Below are positions 29,346-41,673 of a stretch of DNA of 64,000 nucleotides, piece by piece. Below the pieces are notes generated by a model. That model saw only the letters and a list, made by a program, of their open reading frames with translations, was not told the origin of the DNA and searched no databases. The stretch lies in assembly GCA_964016885.1 (NCBI GenBank), contig OZ024740.1, positions 259,346,001-259,410,000 on the forward strand. Direction: 5' to 3'. Position 1 is the first letter of the stretch; each line of letters opens with the position of its first letter. The stretch is from Eledone cirrhosa (Eukaryota). The position numbers and the translations under genes are program-made.

Positions 29346-29655
29346 AGTTCAGCAATTGATTTGTATCGATCCTACCCGACTCTATGATCGGCAGCTCGAC
29401 GGACCCTTTCAAAGGGTCCGTCGAGCTGCCGATCATTGAGTCAGGTAGGCTCGATACAAATTGAACCTTGAGCTGATCAGTGGCGAAACGCGCGTCACCT
29501 ACCAATAAATGTAATGAAGGAGTAACCAGTCTTCCTTGGTATCATTTCAATATATTACACGCTGTACAGCTCTACACCTCATCACAGAAGTGAACCTAAA
29601 CATCGAGTGCTCTCCCGGGTGAACCTGCAGTAACTCCCAGTTACACCCCCTGGAT
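29340..29655 (+). mobile_element. Long hairpin plus 3' half of an HHR (GAAACGCGCGUC) plus tail
   Basis: Hairpin 29340-29480 with a perfect 26-bp inner core; ends at a TA array. Confidence 0.55.
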
Positions 29656-29709
29656 ACATATATATATATACACATACATATATATATATATGTATACACA
29701 TATATATAT

Positions 29710-29765
<56 letters not shown>

Positions 29766-29771
<6 letters not shown>

Positions 29772-30046
29772 TTTCTGAATTTGTTTAGCAAGATTCTTTA
29801 TCTGAAATCGTGTGTTGAAACCGATATTGTTATACTTTGGGAGGGTCATGTTGCCAATAAGAAACACACGCACCAGTTGCTTTCACTTCAATTTATTATA
29901 TATTTATAAATTTATAAATTTACAAATTTACAAACCAACCAGAAATTTATAGGTTTGTAAATTTGTAAATTTATAAATATATAATAAATTGAAGTGAAAG
30001 CAACTGGTGCGTGTTTCTTATTGGCAACATGACCCTCCCAAAGTAT

Positions 30047-30054
<8 letters not shown>
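29766..30054. mobile_element. Fold-back of two Penelope tails (family of 21114-22797)
   Basis: 29824-29936 is the reverse complement of 29952-30054 and matches 21114-21210; flanked by (TA)n on both sides. Confidence 0.8.
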
Positions 30055-30125
<71 letters not shown>

Positions 30126-30147
30126 TACACATACATACATATATATA

Positions 30148-30543
30148 TAGAGAGTCCCCCGCTCCATTATCTGGCGGGCTCTTAGAAAACTAGGTGTAGA
30201 TGAATGGCTTGTGAGAGCTATACAAGCTATGTATAATGAAACAGTCAGTAAGGTTAGAATTAACAATAAATATTGTGAAGAATTTAGTGTAAAAGTTGGT
30301 GTTCACCAAGGCTCTGTCGTTAGGCCCCTACTATTTATTATTGCCCTTCAGGATATAACAGAGGAGTTCAAGACCGACTGCCCATGGGAACTCCTATACG
30401 CAGATGATCTAACGCTCATAGCTGAATCAATGGCTGAACTAGAAAAGAAATTCCAAACATGGAAGCATGGCCTAGAATCAAAAGGCCTTAAAGTTAACTT
30501 GTCTAAGACTAACGTCCTAGTTTGTAGAAAGGAAAATAAGGCA
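30148..30543 (+). mobile_element. RTE family A RT fragment
   Basis: [23 protein letters not shown]. Confidence 0.85.
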
Positions 30544-30713
30544 TATATCGTTATATATATATACACATACATACATATATATACACACATACATACATAT
30601 ATGTATATACACATACATACATATATGTATATACACATACATACATATATATATATATACACATATATATATATATATACATACATTCATATATACATAC
30701 ATACATATATACA

Positions 30714-33700
30714 TATGGTGGCTGCCAACTCGTTTTCGAGTACGGCCACTACTTTATATCCATGTAGGAGAACCCCTACCGATGTGCTGAACGAGTGTGA
30801 CTTTTTAGTCCAGCAAGCGACTTGAAAACTCTGGTACAAACACTACACTTGTGACAATTATTGACACCTAGTGCTGGGCCCATGGCACCATGTGTCCCAA
30901 GGTGTCGTGTGAGATCACTACTCGACTTGCATACCTTTCCACAAACATCACATGTCGTCGTCTGATGAACACTTATAGCTCCACAGGTGCCTGCTTCGCT
31001 GTTCTTGTGCACTCTCAACTTACTCTTTAGACCTGCCATGCTCAGACAAACCCTATTACAGGTCTCACATGTCAGGCCCGGCCGTCTGTCAGTGCCTTCG
31101 GGAAGGCCAACATGGATTCCTTTCCGGACATCTCTTTTTAGTGTCGCGTGCCTTCTTGTTTCCTGAAATAGACTCTTGCCACTAGCCACTGCTTTCCTCC
31201 AATGCGATCGTTTGCTAGCGCATGCTTCTCAGTGCTCACAAGGGATGTTACTTTTCTTGAGCGCCCCCTTAATGAAGTCCTTAAAACGCATCTTGGGTTT
31301 GCTCGCGTTCCTTTTTCCCATTTGGAGTTCGCCATAAAGCAGCTGCTTCGGCATTCGCTTGACATTCATACTTACAAGATGGCCTGTCCAGCGCAGCTGT
31401 TTCAAAATCAAGAACTCGACACTATCACAGCCACTTCTGTCCAGAACCTCGACGTCACTGACAAACATTTGCCAAGTTATGCCGAGGATCCGACGTAAGC
31501 ACTACTGGTGGAACCTCTCAAGTCGCTTCATCTGTCTACGGTAGACCACCCACGTCTCACAAGCATAAAGAAGTGCCGCGAGCACACATGCATGATACAC
31601 TTTGAGCTTTGTCTTTACCGAAATCCCGTGTTGAGACCAGAGACGCTTGTTCAGTTTTCCAAAAGCATCACTGGCTTTCTGTATCCTGTTTGATATTTCC
31701 CCATCAAGATCGCAGGACATACTCAGAGTGCTTCCAAGATATACAAAACTGCCAACGACCGTTAGCCGTTCACCATAAACCAAGATGTTGGGCTCACAAA
31801 ATGGCTTCCCAGGGGCTGGTTGTTACATGGCTACTGTCTTTTTCAGGCTTATGGTAAGTCCCAATGCTGTACACGCATTAGAAAATGCATCCATGAGATG
31901 CTGCATATCAATCTCAGTGTGCGCTACCAGGTCACAGTCATCTTCATAAAGCAAATCCTTGATTAGTGACAAGTGAACCTTTGATTTAGCATTGAACCTC
32001 CTGATATTAAACAGCTTTCCAGTTGATCGATAGCGAACATATATACCATGATTGCAGTTCCCGAAGGCCTGTTGGAAGACAATGGAGAAGTACAAAGCAA
32101 AGAGCGTTGGAGCTGTAATGTCACCCTGTTTGACTCCATTCTCGACGGTCACCAGCTCAGAGAGCTTTCCACCAACATTTACCCATGCCTTCATGTCATC
32201 ATGGAACAAACGCAAAATGGAAACAAACTTCTCAGGGCACCCCAGCTTCCTCAAGATATCCCATAAGGCCTTTCTGTTGACTGTGTCAAACGCCTTTGTC
32301 AGATCAACAAACACCTGGTAGAGATCCACATTCTGCTCAACACACTTTTCCTGCAGTTGTCTAGATGTAAAGATCATGTCCACAGTGCCACGCCCAGCCC
32401 GAAAGCCCGATTGCGACTCTGGTAGAGCTTCATCAGCAATGTGGAGCAATAGACGGTCCAACAGAATTCTACAGAGAACTTTGCCGACAACAGACAACAG
32501 TGATATCCCACGATAGTTTCCGCAGTCATCCCTGTCTCCCTTTCCCTTGTACAAAACAACCATCACAGCATCCTCCCAGTCATCGGGAACATGATTGTTG
32601 TTCCAGGCATCCAGAACCAAAGAACGAAGTCGGTGCAAGAGATTCTCTCCACCGTGCTTCAAGATCTCAGCATACAGCCCATCCAATCCAGGCGACTTCC
32701 CACCATTGAGTTTCCAGACAGCACTTTTAACCTCCTCGATCGTTGGAAGCTCAGCAACGATTTCTTTTACTGGCTTATCAGGTATGAACCTGATAAACTC
32801 TTCGTCAACCTCTGAATCCCTATTGAGAAGCTCGTCAAAGTGTTCCCGCCATCTTAACAGGATATCATTAGGATCTCTAAGGAGCTGATTGCCATCCTTT
32901 GTCCTAAGAGGCGCAACTGGTGATATAGGTGGTCCATACACTTCACGAAGAAGATTATACATTGCCTTAACGTCCTTCACATCCGACGCCAGTTGTATTT
33001 CATCGGCTTTGTCATTCCACCACTTATTCTTCATTTCACACAATTTTCGTTGCACATCAGCTTCTACGAGCTTCAGCTTATCAGCGATTGCCTTCTGCCG
33101 ATCGGTGCTTAAATCACTACCAAGCAATGCGGACTGGAGCATATGTTTCTCCTCCAAAAGCTTGTCTATAAGCTTGTCATTTTGGTCAAACCAAGCCTGA
33201 TGCTTCTTATCTGTGAATCCAACAACATCAGCACATGCCCCATAAACTGCCTCCTTAAAGGAAGTCCAGTCATTTCCGCACTCTAACGCATCCATCTTTT
33301 TAACCAGATTTTCTCTGACTTCAGGATCCTTCAGACGGGCAACGTTCAGCCGTTTCGGAAGTGATACCTCTCGCCGTTTTTCCCTTTTACGAACTACACA
33401 TCTTGCTCTTGCTCTCACCAGACGATGGTCGGTCCAACACTCTTCCCCACGCATCACACGAACACTGCACAGATCCTGTACATCCCGCCGCTTCACAAGG
33501 ACATAATCAATCAGGTGCCACTGTTTCGATCCAGGATGCATCCCTGTTGTCTTGTATTTGTCCTTCTGTTGGAACATAGTGCTGCCAATGAACAAGTCCA
33601 GCTCAGTGCACATTTGCAATAACAAGAGTCCATTGCCATTGCACTGTCCGACCCCATGCTTGCCCAGAGCTCTCCAGGTCTCACAATCACGGCCCACGCA

Positions 33701-33720
33701 AGCATTCAAAATCTCCAAGA
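30714..33720 (-). mobile_element. RTE-BovB-like LINE (partial APE, RT, C-terminal C2H2 fingers), 5'-truncated
   Basis: 631-aa ORF with WHLIDYV, CWTDHRLV, NYRGISLLSVVGK, FVDLTKAFDTV, GVKQG, LLYEDD; three CxxC..H fingers in 30776-31189. Confidence 0.93.
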
Positions 33721-34091
33721 ATGAAAATTTTGTCTGCTGCAGGCACTCCCAAAAATTCTTATTTAGATAAAATAAGCCATATACTCATTGTATTCTCATT
33801 AAAAAATCTTCTATATACTTGTTTACCAGCAAATTGAATTGCCATCTGTCATATACTATCCCTTCTCTTCTTCCTTTCTTACAACTAATATAAATACTTT
33901 AATTTTTCTGATTTTTTCCAATTTATCCAATATCTCTGAAGTGACAACTGATTATACATTTGCTATCGAATACTTGCTAACATTATATGATTACGCAAGC
34001 AGCGATACATAGGTATTCTGTCTGTTACAGAAACATATGTCAATACCTAATAAATTCCTTTATAAAAGCACTTTCATTTTATATTCATCTT

Positions 34092-34158
<67 letters not shown>

Positions 34159-34206
34159 CATATATATATATATATATATACATACATACATGTATATATA
34201 TATATA

Positions 34207-36175
34207 TCATCATCATCATCATCATCATCATTTTACGTCCGCTCTTCCCTGCCTGCAAGGGTGGGACGGGTCTTATTCAGCACAGCATCTCTCCACTCAT
34301 CACGGTCCTTCGTCATCTCCACCATGAGTTTCAGCGATCTGAGGTCTGTTCTCACCACCTCCGCCCATGTTTTTCGTGGTCTACCTCTACCACGTCTTCC
34401 TTCAACTGGCATTTCCTGGCACTTCTTCACCCATCGGTCATCCCCCATGCGCATCACATGTCCATACCACCTCAGTCTCCTCTCCCGTACACTACATACT
34501 ATCCCTCTCAGACAGTTTCTCTCTCAACACAGTCATGCTGGATCGTTCACGCACATTGACACTGCATATCCAACGGAGCATGCTTGCCTCATTTCTCTCC
34601 AGCCGTCACATATCCTCTGCAGTTGCTGCCCATGTCTCACTACCATGCAGCATCGCGCTCCTCACACAAGCATCATACAACCGGCCTTTCGTACGCAGGG
34701 AGAAACCCTTCTTCGTCAGCAGAGGAAGCCGCTCCCTAAACTTCTTCCAACCCGTCCTTATTCTAGATACTATGGCCTCGGAACACCCCCCTCCCATGCT
34801 AATCTGATCTCCTAGGTACCGGAAACTATCCACCACTTCTATAGCACCCGCCTGCATTTGAAAAATGTGTCTATCAATGCGACTTCTACTGTCTAATTTC
34901 CCTGTACATCTACTGCATACATATTTCTCCCTACCTGTTAGTTTGCCTGCTATCCCGCTACATCTCTTGTGTACCCAGGATCTGCATTGTGTGCATTTTA
35001 TAGAATTTATGCCAGTTCCTTTTCTGCATATCGAACATGGCCATTTCCCTGACGGAATCAGAGTTTTGTCCTCTTTTCTACTCATCAACACTTTTGTCTT
35101 AGCTAGGTTCACTCTCGGTCCTCCTGCGTCCAACTGCCGTTTCCATAGCCAGAATTTATTCTCTAGCTCCTCTACTGATTCTCAATAGCTATCTTCAATC
35201 TCAATAGCTGCTACCTCTGTCGGATCTACTGAGGGTAAGTTCTCTCTCTCCCATTCGTTCTCCACATTCATCCGTTTCTCATAATGACATTTCCGGCCTT
35301 CTTTTTCAGATCATTCGTGACACTAAGTACACCGGCATCATCCCGGACACATTTATCTCCAACAACATCCTGATTTGCATTGACACACTGCCTTGCAATG
35401 TGAAACACCGCACGCCTCTGATCTTCCCGTCGCAGAACATTGGCAAACCTCCTACTCTCAGCCTCCCTGCATGCTAAGTACACCTGACGTCTAGCTTCTC
35501 TTTTAGCGGCTGTATATTCTTCCCTACTCCCGCCCTTTTTCCAAGCCTTCCATGCTAGTCTTTTGTCTCTAATGGCCTTATTGACTGTGCTGTTCCACCA
35601 CCAGGTCACTCTCTGTCGGGTTGGAGCTCTGCTCCAGCCACAAGTTTCATCAGTAGCCTGCAGTAAGTTGTCACGTGAGAAATTTCATTTATTATCTATG
35701 TCATACGTCTCTAAATCGTCTTCTTTTTCATCATACAGATCTTGAGCGGCTTTCCTAAATTTGTATTTTAGCTTCCTGACCTTTTTTCTCCACACCTTCC
35801 TGTATGTCTCATTCCATCTCTTGCTTACTGAGATATCACTAACGACTAACCTATGCTGTGGGATACATTCTTCCCCAGGGTATGCCTTGGTATTAGACAC
35901 TATCTGCCTGTCCCGCTGCCTAACTAGTAAGAAGTCAATCTGGCTTATGTGCTCGCCAGATTTGTAGGTTATTAGGTGGTTGGCAGGTTTCTGGAAGTTT
36001 GTGTTGCAAATAGTCAGTGTACTTGCATCACAAAATTCAAGAAGTCTCACTCCTTCTTCATTTCTTGAGCTGTAACCGTGCCCACCATGTACTCCAATGT
36101 AACCATCCTGGAGCTGTCCAACATGACCATTGAAGTCCCCTGCTAGCATAACGATGTCTCTGAGAAAGTTATTAG
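34207..36175 (-). mobile_element. RTE family B LINE with the RT core deleted
   Basis: APE (AGDFNGHVG, QIDFLL, QHRLVV) and linker join directly at about 35190 to post-YADD sequence; PHD-like Cys cluster; (ATG)n tail. Confidence 0.85.
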
Positions 36176-36225
36176 TACCGGTGTCACTATTTGTTAGTCT
36201 TATATATATATGTATATATATACAC

Positions 36226-36280
<55 letters not shown>

Positions 36281-36283
<3 letters not shown>

Positions 36284-38035
36284 TTGCGAGGTTTTTTATA
36301 TGAAATCGTGTGTCGAAACAGATATTGTTATATTTGGGGAGGGTCATATTTGCGTAATATTGCCAGAATTAATAACAGAACACACTCACTGTTTGGTTGG
36401 TTTTCGCTTCTCGCTGTCTTTTATATATATATATCTGCGATCTAACTTACTCGGTCCCCAATGTTGACTGTAGCTAATTCCATACACCAGAGTATAACTG
36501 TAACTATAGACTTCCCTTCCAAACACCCTAACAATAGACTACCTGTATTAGACACAGAACTCTGGATTAACACTATAGACGAGAGAGCCCAAATTCTCCA
36601 CTCACACTATGCTAAACCCATGGCCTCCAAATACCTGATACTCAAAAACTCAGCAATGTCCAGTAGTGCTAAGTTTAATATTCTGATCGCAGATTTGGTA
36701 CGAGTGATGAAGAATGTGTCCAGCATGTGCGACCCAACAGAAATGGAAGGACACATCCAACACTTCATCAACCGCATGCAGTTCTCTGGCTACAACCAAA
36801 GAGACAGAGTCAGAGTATACGAAGGAGCCATGGAAAAGTATAAGACCCTCATAGAACTGGACATGAAAGGAATTTGCCCACTATACAGGAGCAAATCATG
36901 GAATAGCTTAGATAGGGCTAGACATAAGATAGGGAAGGCCACATCATGGTACGACAACCAGAGATATCAGAGTGTCATGTTTGTGGACGCCACCCCTGGA
37001 GGGAAATTAGCTAACCAGTGTAGAAAGGCCCTGAGAAAGACCCACTTAAAAATAAAGGTGGTAGAAAAGCCAGGAACCACCATAAAATCCCTGATCAGCA
37101 AAACCTACCCTTTTAAGAAAACCCACTGTACCAATAGGAAATGTATCATATGTAAGGTGAACCCCCGGATAAACTGTAAAACTAGAAACGTAGTCTATAG
37201 CATAAGATGTACAGAGGGTACTTGTAGAAACACGACAACAACATACATAGGTGAGACAGCTCGTAGCATAGGTGAAAGGATAGACCAACACTGGGGGGAA
37301 CTAAAAGGACGAAAAAACGGGTCAGTACTATACGAACATGCTAGACAACATCATGACGGTAACATAGACAACATAGAAATTAGAATAGTATCTAAACATA
37401 GGAATGACCCAGCAGATAGGCAAATCAGAGAGGCCAGTGAAATAGAAATTAGAAGACCAAAGCTAAACAGAAAGCATGAGTGGAACAACAACAACACCCA
37501 AACAAACAACACTGACCTAAGAGAAGTATAAATAAATAAGTAAATTAAATTAAATAAAATAAGATAAATAAATACATACACAAGCACATAAACACACACT
37601 AGTCACCCAGCAGACACAACACTATACACACTAGTCACACATCACACACGCAAACGCATGCGCAAAGAAGACAAAATAAAATAAGATAAACAAACAAGCA
37701 AACAAATAAATAAATATATAGACGGACTGAACAAAAAAAAAATGGCGTAGACATACAACACAACAGGAGGAACAATGAATATAACACCACTGACGATGTT
37801 GCAGATGTGCAACGAAAGATTTATGTAAACTATATATATATGTGTTTGTCTATATTGTATCTGTATTATTTTATTTTTGACCGCCGGTCAGTCAATGGCA
37901 ACATTGAGGACCGAGTAAGTTAGATCGCAGATATATATATATAAAAGACAGCGAGAAGCGAAAACCAACCAAACAGTGAGTGTGTTCTGTTATTAATTCT
38001 GGCAATATTACGCAAATATGACCCTCCCCAAATAT

Positions 38036-38043
<8 letters not shown>
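36281..38043 (+). mobile_element. 5'-truncated Penelope-like element with inverted 5' terminus; open 356-aa thumb-Zn linker-GIY-YIG ORF (36461-37531)
   Basis: [19 protein letters not shown], CxxxxCxxC..C, NVVYSIRC, YIGETAR; 36322-36466 is the reverse complement of 37899-38043; (TA)n on both sides. Confidence 0.92.
37786..37827 (+). ncRNA. Minimal hammerhead ribozyme in PLE pLTR (stem I decayed)
   Basis: CUGACGA-U-GUUGCA-GAUG-UGCAAC-GAAA-GAUUUA; positionally equivalent to 21268-21310. Confidence 0.65.
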
Positions 38044-38076
<33 letters not shown>

Positions 38077-38306
38077 CATACATATATATATATACATATA
38101 TATACACATACATACATATATATATATATATATACAAGTTAATATAAATTAATATATTTGATAAACACAAATACCAACATATCCGTGTTTGTATTGTAAA
38201 TGACTAAGTTAGCTAGATTGAAAAATACTAATTATAATAATACAGTTTGCCTGTCTCGATTTAAAATAATAAATCAATAAAAACAAAACATATTGGCAAA
38301 TGGCCG

Positions 38307-38445
38307 TGGTGCTTGGACAAATTTAAATTTCAAAATCAAACCTGTTCCGTAGACAGGTTTAAACCTTAAAATCCAAATAAGTTTCGAAAAATGAAAAATG
38401 AAAAAGTGAAAGAATATCGCATTTCTATCTCCTCAGCAAGCACCA
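38307..38445 (-). ncRNA. Type I hammerhead ribozyme with long stem III
   Basis: 9-bp stem I UGGUGCUUG/CAAGCACCA, CUGAGGA, G..C-closed stem II, GAAA, about 27-bp stem III, GUC triplet (predicted cut between 38316 and 38315). Confidence 0.85.
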
Positions 38446-39040
38446 GAAAAATTGGTATGTTCCACTTCAAAATATTTTAAATGACTGTTTAACACACATG
38501 GTTTTTCACACACGGTTATCCAGTGTGTAGCTGCCTCATACTCATGCTGCTAGAAATAACAGCCGTTTATATGGGGCTAAATTTAGCTCTACGTAAGGAG
38601 CAGTGATACTATTAATAATGAGTTCAAACCTCAGGCAGTCCTTTACAATGAAATAGCTCAAAGAAAGAAGTATTTCCGAGCCGTGTAATACAAGTTAATA
38701 TAAATTAATATATTTGATAAACACAAATACCAACATATCCGTGTTTGTATTGTAAACGACTAAAGTTAACTAGATTGAAAAATACTAATTATAATAATAC
38801 AGTTTGCCTGTCTCGATTTAAAATAATAAATCAATAAAAACAAAGCATATTGGCAAATGGCCGTGGTGCTTGGACAAATTTAAATTTCAAAATCAAACCT
38901 GTTCCGTAGCCCCATATAAACGGCTGTTATTTCTAGCAGCATGAGTATGAGGCAGCTAGACACTGGATAACCGTGTGTGAAAAACCATGTGCGTTAAACA
39001 GTCTTTTTAAATATTTTGAAGTGGAACATACCAATTTTTC

Positions 39041-39177
39041 TGGTGCTTGCTGAGGAGATAGAAATGCGGTATTCTTTCACTTTTTCATTTTTCATTTTTC
39101 GAAACTTATTTGGATTTTAAGGTTTAAACCTGTCTACGGAACAGGTTTGATTTTGAAATTTAAATTTGTCCAAGCAC
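39041..39177 (+). ncRNA. Second copy of the long-stem-III hammerhead
   Basis: CUGAGGA 39050-39056, GAAA 39101-39104, GUC 39168-39170, 7-bp stem I. Confidence 0.8.
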
Positions 39178-39483
39178 ACGGCCATTTGCCAATATGCTTT
39201 GTTTTTATTGATTTATTATTTTAAATCGAGACAGGCAAACTGTATTATTATAATTAGTATTTTTCAATCTAGCTAACTTTAGTCGTTTACAATACAAACA
39301 CGAATATGTTGGTATTTGTGTTTATCAAATATATTAATTTATATTAACTTGTATTACATGGCTCGGAAATACTTCTTTCTTTGAGCTATTTCATTGTAAA
39401 GGACTGCCTGAGGTTTGAACTCATTATTAATAGTATATATATATACACATACATACATATATATACATATATACACACACATA

Positions 39484-39813
39484 TCATTCATTTCATTTTA
39501 CGTCCACTTTTCCCTGCTTGCAAGGGTGGGACGGGAACTGATGCTGGCTTGATTTCTACAGCTGGATGCCCTTCCTAACACCAACCTCATTTACAGTGAG
39601 TACTGGATGCTTTTTTGCTGTGGCACCTCCACGACCACTTTGCAGTGGAATGATAGGGACCCCAGTCCCTATCATCTCATTTCTACAGCTGAGTAAACTG
39701 GAGCAATGTGAAATAAAGTGTCTTGCTCAAGGAAACAACACATCACCTGGTCTGAGAATTGAACTCACAACCTTTCAAAGGCCAATGCTCTAACCATTAA
39801 GCCATGTGCCTCC

Positions 39814-39814
<1 letters not shown>
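39484..39814 (-). mobile_element. tRNA-derived SINE family 2 with RTE-type tail
   Basis: A box TGGCTTAATGG, B box GAGTTCAATTC; tail CCCACCCTTGCAAGCAGGGAAAAGTGGACGTAAAATG. Confidence 0.88.
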
Positions 39815-39853
<39 letters not shown>

Positions 39854-39858
<5 letters not shown>

Positions 39859-41470
39859 AAAGCCCTATACTTAGCTTTTGTTGACTTGGAGAAAGCGTTT
39901 GACAGAGTACCCCGCTCGATTATCTGGTGGGCCCTTAGAAAACTAGGTGTAGATGAATCGCTTGTGAGAGCTATACAAGCCATGTATAAAGAAACAGTCA
40001 GAAAGGTTAGAATTAACAACGAATATAGTGAAGAGTTTAGCGTAAAAGTTGGTGTTCATCAGGGCTCCGTCCTTAACCCCCTACTATTTATTATTGCCCT
40101 TCAGGCTATAACAGAGGAGTTCAAGACCGGCTGCCCATGGGAACTCCTATATGCAGATGATCTAACGCTCATAGCTGAATCAATGGCTGAACTAGTGAAG
40201 AAATTCCAAACATGGAAGTATGGCCTAGAATCAAAAGGCCTTAAAATTAGCCTGTCTAAGACTAAAGTTCTAGTTTGTAGGAAAGAAAATAGGGCACTGG
40301 TCCCATCTGCGAAATGGCCATGCTCAGTGTGTAGGAAAGGAGTAGGCAGAAACTCCATTTTATGTCCCAAATGCAAAGTATGGGTCCATAAAAGATGTAG
40401 TGGGATCACAGGTAAGCTAACTAAGAATATAGATTTTATATGTGGCCGGTGCTAAGGTGCAATAAGTAGCATCAAGTGCCCACAGAATACTAGCTCATTC
40501 CATTGCACAGATGGTTCTATAGAAACAGTAGACAGCTTCTGCTACCTAGGTGACCGAATTAGCAGCGGAGGTGGGTGCTCTGAAAGTACAGTAGCTAGAG
40601 TCAGAACGGGATGGAAAAAGTTCAGAGAGCTTATACCACTATTGGCCGCTAAAGGGTTCTCTCTAAAAATGAAAGGCAGGCTGTATGATGCCTGCATACG
40701 AACAGCAATGTTACATGGCAGTGAGACTTGGGCATTGTGTGCAGAGGATATACGCAGACTGGAGAGGAACGAAGCTTTCATGCTCCGTTGGATGTGTAAT
40801 AGTAATATACGTGAACGGCAAAGCATAAATGAACTAAGTGAGAAATTAGGAATAAGAGGGATCAGATGTTGTTTACTCGAGAGAAGACTATGTTGGTATG
40901 GTCACGTGATGCGCATGAAAGACGACAGCTGTATAAAAAAGTGCAGGGCGATAAAAATAGATGGTAGCCACGGAGTAGGCAGACCCAGAAAAACCTGGGT
41001 CTTGATAAATTCCGACCTCACACACTTACACCTCTCCAAGACAATGTCACTGGACCGAGATCTTTGGCGCTATACAGTAATACAGAAGACCCGCCTTGCC
41101 TAAGTACAAAGCGAAACCTACAGTCAGTAGGCACCTCTAACAAAATACACACCCGTCCCACCACCCCCACCCCTTTCAATGTAAAGTTATGTTGGTACCA
41201 CAACATCCAGTCCGAAATAAATGAGGTCGTGTAGGTGTCACGAAAAAAATAAACACACAGTCCACGCTGTAATGTGGCCGTGTAGGTAACACGGTAAAAA
41301 CCTCCCAGTCCACACTGTAAATGTGGTTGGTGTTAGGAAGGGCATCCAGCCGTAGAAAACCCGCCAGACAGTCCTATACGAGCAAGACAACCAATCTTGC
41401 CTCAAGTGGGAAAACTCCCGTCCAAACCCATCCAAGCGTGGAAGATGGACGTTAAATGATGATGATGATG
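39854..41470 (+). mobile_element. RTE family A 3' half (RT, PHD-like insert, 3'UTR, (ATG)n tail)
   Basis: FVDLEKAFDRVPR, GVHQGSVLNPLLF, YADDL, RRLCWYGHV; one internal stop. Confidence 0.92.
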
Positions 41471-41542
41471 ATATATATATATATGTATGTATATACACAT
41501 AGATACATACATATATATATACACATACATATACACATACAT

Positions 41543-41581
<39 letters not shown>

Positions 41582-41628
41582 CATACATATATGTATATAC
41601 ACGTACATACATATATATATACATACAT

Positions 41629-41673
<45 letters not shown>

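Larger units (their letters stand above)
38133..39436. mobile_element. Non-coding 556-bp HHR repeat unit: 1.4 tandem copies plus one inverted, circularly permuted copy (retrozyme-like)
   Basis: 38133-38352 repeats at 38689-38909; 38907-39436 is the reverse complement of 38579 to 38133 continuing into 38688 to 38606; (TA)n flanks. Confidence 0.85.

Noticed and set aside
33721-34095. Possible decayed GIY-YIG end on the minus strand
   Set aside because: Only faint similarity
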